Below the pieces are notes generated by a model. It was not told where the DNA came from. It saw only the letters and a program-made list of their open reading frames with translations, and ran no database searches. Of a stretch of DNA of 64,000 nucleotides, positions 60,576 to 64,000 are shown piece by piece. Position numbers and translations under genes: made by a program. How positions within the stretch are numbered: position 1 is the first letter of the stretch; each line of letters begins with the position of its first letter. This DNA is from an uncultured Verrucomicrobiae bacterium (GTDB lineage: Bacteria; Verrucomicrobiota; Verrucomicrobiia; Chthoniobacterales; UBA10450), in assembly GCA_963726745.1 (NCBI GenBank), contig CAVSDR010000003.1:1088001-1152000 (forward strand), in the 5' to 3' direction.

Positions 60576-61788
60576 TTATTTCCGGTCGGAGAGAGCCGCC
60601 ACGCCGGGCAATTCCTTGCCCTCGATCAATTCCAGCGAGGCCCCGCCGCCGGTGGAAATAAACGTCATCTTGTCGGCTAACCCGGCCTGCTTGACCGCGG
60701 TCACGGAGTCGCCGCCGCCAATGATCGTGGTCGCGTCCGATTTAGCCAGCGCCTCGGCGATCGCGATCGTGCCGTCGGCAAAATCGGGAATCTCGAAGAC
60801 GCCCACGGGCCCGTTCCAGAGAATCGTCTTCGCCTTCCTGATCTCGTCTTCGTAAAGCGCGATCGTCGCGTGGCCGATGTCGACCGCCTGCCAGCCGTCG
60901 CTGATCCCGTGGCCTTCGGTCACCTTGCCGGTGTTGCGCTTGTTCGCGCCGGCCTTGAATTCATCGGTCTCGAGTGCGTCGACCGGCAGGAGAAACTTCA
61001 CGCCTTTCTTCTTCGCGTGCTCCAGAAGTTCGCGCGCGAGATCGAGCTTGTCCGCTTCCACTTTGCTCGCGCCCACAGGGATGCCCTGCGCTTTCCAGAA
61101 GGTGTTCGCCATCGCGCCGCCGATCAAAATCGTGTCGGCTTTTTCCATCAGCGCTTTGATCACGCCGATCTTATCCGAAACCTTCGAGCCGCCCATGATC
61201 ACGACGAACGGCTTGGCCGGCTTTTCCAATTCGCCGCCGAGATATTTCAGCTCCTTCTCCATCAGGAAACCCATCGCGGATTGCCCGATGAACTGCGTGA
61301 TTCCCGCCGTGCTGGCGTGCGCCCGATGGGCCGCGCCGAAAGCGTCGTTTACGTAGACGTCGCCTAAATTAGCCAGCGCTTCGGCGAACTGCCGGATCGT
61401 TCCCTTCCTCGCCCGCCTGGAAGCGGACATTCTCCAGGAGCGTCACGTCGCCCGGCTGCATGTGCGCGATGATTTCCTCCGGGATTTTGCCGACGGTTTC
61501 ATGGGCAAACGCCACCGGGTGATCGATCAAGGTGTGCAGGTGATCGGCCACCGCGCGCAGGGAATACTTCTCGTTCGGCTGTCCCTTCGGCCGGCCGAAG
61601 TGCGCCATCAAAATCGTCTTCGCCCCGTGCTCGCGCAGATAATTGATCGTCGGCAGCGATTCACGGATCCGGGTGTCGTCCGTGATGTGGAAATGGTCGC
61701 CATGCGCTTCCACCGGGACATTGAAATCCACGCGCAGAAGGACGCGTTTCCCGTGCACGTCGAGGTCTTTCAGGGTGAGCTTTTTCAT
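60576..61788 (-). CDS. pgk: Phosphoglycerate kinase (apparent +1 indel ~61393)
   Basis: RVDFNVP, LLENVRF, then [27 protein letters not shown]. Confidence 0.96.
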
Positions 61789-61857
61789 TGCAGTGAACTC
61801 CCGTGATCGTCCTCCAACTCGCGTTTTGGACAAAGCGCGAACCGGGTGACGACGAAA

Positions 61858-62859
61858 TTACTTCCCGAGCAACTCCAGCATCTGCACGCAGCGGTTGCTG
61901 TAGCCCCACTCGTTGTCGTACCAGCCGACGACCTTCACGAACTTCTCCCCGAGGGCGAGCGTGAGCCCGCTGTCGAAGATGCAGGAGTGCGGGTTGCCCA
62001 CGATGTCCTGGAGGACGAGCGGCTCGTCGGAGTATTCCAGGATGCCTTTGAACTTCGCGGTGCCGGCGGCTTCCTTAAAGGCGGCGTTCACTTCCTCGGC
62101 GGTCGCTTTGTTCTTCAGGATGGCGGTGAAATCGGTCACGGAACCGTCCGGCGTCGGGACGCGGAAAGCGCCGCCGTTGAGCTTCCCTTTGAGCTCGGGA
62201 ATGACTTCGCCGATGGCCTTGGCCGCGCCGGTGCTCGACGGGACGATGTTGACCGCGGCCGCGCGCGCGCGCCGGAGGTCTTCGTGCGGCAGGTCAAGGA
62301 TGCGCTGGTCGTTCGTGTAGCTGTGGATCGTGCTCATGAAGCCGGCTTCGAGGCCGAACTTGTCGTTTAAAACTTTCGCCAGCGGCGCGAGGCAATTGGT
62401 CGTGCAGCTCGCGTTCGAGACTACGGTCATCTTCGCGGGGTCGTAGATCTCGTCGTTAATCCCGAGGCAAATGGTCGCGTCCGGATTTTTCGCCGGGGCG
62501 CTGATGAGCACGCGCTTCGCGCCGCCTTTGCTGATGTGCAGCTCGGCCTTGTCGCGGCTGGTGAAAAAGCCGGTCGATTCCATGACCACGTCCACGCCGA
62601 GGCTCTTCCACGGGAGCGCCGCCGGGTCGCGCTCTTTCATGATCCGAATCTTGTGCCCGCGGACGATGATGTTCTCGGCGTCGTGCCCGATCTCGCCGTC
62701 AAATTTCCCGTGCACCGAGTCCCACTTCAGGAGATGCGCCAGGGTGGCGGTGTCAGTGAGATCGTTGATGCCTTTGACGCGCTCGACTTCCTGCTGCGAC
62801 ATGGCTCGCAGAACGTTGCGCCCGATGCGGCCGAAGCCGTTGATTCCGTAGTTTGCCAT
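61858..62859 (-). CDS. gap: Glyceraldehyde-3-phosphate dehydrogenase
   Basis: GINGFGRIGR, SNASCTTNCLAP, WYDNEWGYS. Confidence 0.98.
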   Translation of the reverse strand: MANYGINGFGRIGRNVLRAMSQQEVERVKGINDLTDTATLAHLLKWDSVHGKFDGEIGHDAENIIVRGHKIRIMKERDPAALPWKSLGVDVVMESTGFFTSRDKAELHISKGGAKRVLISAPAKNPDATICLGINDEIYDPAKMTVVSNASCTTNCLAPLAKVLNDKFGLEAGFMSTIHSYTNDQRILDLPHEDLRRARAAAVNIVPSSTGAAKAIGEVIPELKGKLNGGAFRVPTPDGSVTDFTAILKNKATAEEVNAAFKEAAGTAKFKGILEYSDEPLVLQDIVGNPHSCIFDSGLTLALGEKFVKVVGWYDNEWGYSNRCVQMLELLGK

Positions 62860-63010
62860 AAAATAAATGCTCCGATGGGTTGCCCCGCGCCGGCGGGAAT
62901 CCGCGGGCGGGAGATACCACTAGAACGCGCTAACGACTGAGGCAAACAGGGAATCGCGCAGCGGCTTTTTGAACAAGCACGCCCCCGCCGGCGTCGAAAA
63001 GCGCACCGCC

Positions 63011-63691
63011 ATGATCTCGCTGTCTAAAAATCTTGCGGCCGCCTTTTGTCTCGCGGCCGGCCTGCTCGGGCAATCCGCGGTCGCGGCGCGGCGCGAACCT
63101 TCCCCCGTGCGGACGATCCTGATGCTGGGCGACAGCCTGACCGACGGCTACGGCCTGACCCGCCGCGAGGCTTACCCGGCGCTGGTCGCCGAGAAGCTGC
63201 GCGCGGCTGGGGTGCGCGCGGAGGTGATCAACGCCGGCGTGAGCGGCGACACCACCGGCGGCGGGCTTGCGCGGCTCCCGCGTTACCTCGATCGGCCAAT
63301 CGACGTGCTCGTGCTCGAGCTCGGAATTAACGACGCTTTCCGCGGCGTGCCGCTCGACCAGATGCGGGCGAACCTGCAGGCTATCATCGATCGCACCCGC
63401 GCGAAAAACCCGCGCGCTCGGGTGGTCATCGCCGGGATGCAGCTCCCGCTTTTCGGCGCCGATGGCTACGTGCGCGCCTTCGGCGAAATGTTCGGCGAGC
63501 TCGCGCAGAAAAACGACGCCATCCTCATCCCTTACCTGCTCGCGGGCGTCGGCGGCGACCCCCAGCTGAACCTTGGCGACCACATCCACCCGAACGCCGC
63601 CGGGCAGCGCGTGCTCGCGGAAACGGTCTGGCGCGCGCTCCAGCCCTTGCTCACAAAAGAGTCCGGGAGGGTCTCCGGCGGCGAATCCTAA
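63011..63691 (+). CDS. Arylesterase/TesA-like SGNH hydrolase
   Basis: LGDSLT.GYG, NAGVSGDTT, ELGIND, DHIHPNAAG. Confidence 0.92.
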   Translation: MISLSKNLAAAFCLAAGLLGQSAVAARREPSPVRTILMLGDSLTDGYGLTRREAYPALVAEKLRAAGVRAEVINAGVSGDTTGGGLARLPRYLDRPIDVLVLELGINDAFRGVPLDQMRANLQAIIDRTRAKNPRARVVIAGMQLPLFGADGYVRAFGEMFGELAQKNDAILIPYLLAGVGGDPQLNLGDHIHPNAAGQRVLAETVWRALQPLLTKESGRVSGGES

Positions 63692-63693
63692 GC

Positions 63694-63963
63694 ATGGACC
63701 CAGCAAACCCGCACAACCTGCACGACACCGCCGACCACGAAGTCCTGGAAACGATCCACATCGGGACGGATGGAAACGATTGCGACGAATGCGTGCGCCA
63801 ACTGCGGGAGCCGCTGATGAAGATCAACGGCGTGACCGAGGTAAAGGCCGACCCGAAAGCCGAGCGCGTCACCGTGACCTTCGACGCCCGCAAAGCGCAC
63901 GCGCCCGAGATTCACGACGCGATCCTGGCCAGCGGCTACCAGCCGGCGCCGACGACGACCTAG
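63694..63963 (+). CDS. Heavy-metal-associated (HMA) domain protein
   Basis: CDEC in a ferredoxin-like fold, GVTEV.AD....V.V.FD, I..SGY. Confidence 0.75.
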   Translation: MDPANPHNLHDTADHEVLETIHIGTDGNDCDECVRQLREPLMKINGVTEVKADPKAERVTVTFDARKAHAPEIHDAILASGYQPAPTTT

Positions 63964-64000
63964 ACCGCGGGCTGCTGCTGCGTCAGGCAGTGGAATGCAC

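Overview
High-GC bacterial chromosome segment, most likely Verrucomicrobiota (Chthoniobacterales/Spartobacteria-like). This is inferred from a PEP-CTERM protein, a DUF4032-like protein, 'NIATR/NISTL' C-terminal domains and a long IspG. About 55 genes are present: a fasciclin/ECF sigma/anti-sigma locus; a large phosphate island (two porins, pstS, arsC, phoU, pstBAC, phoR, pit, DUF47, phoB) with 11-bp-periodic Pho-like boxes; thyA; a Kup/KimA-like transporter; pyrR-pyrB-pyrC with a PyrR RNA loop over the RBS; a cupredoxin/kinase/outer-membrane-protein/regulator operon; a YbdK/aminopeptidase/ATP-grasp cluster; kbl/tdh; cdsA-dxr-rseP-ispG; a PAP2/ArnT/GT2 cluster; and gap-pgk-tpiA. No tRNA, rRNA, CRISPR or mobile element was seen. 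The most striking non-genic signal is a pair of near-identical ~80-nt non-coding units (28948-29027 and 30679-30759, minus strand). Each has a sigma54-type promoter, a stem with an exposed A/C-rich loop and an intrinsic terminator, so they look like unannotated sibling sigma54-dependent sRNAs. Further sigma54-like promoters precede an unannotated 32-aa membrane micro-ORF and the DUF4032-like gene. About a dozen apparent frameshifts, nearly all +1 and several in essential genes, are probably long-read errors. All calls are from reading the sequence by eye; no database search was run.
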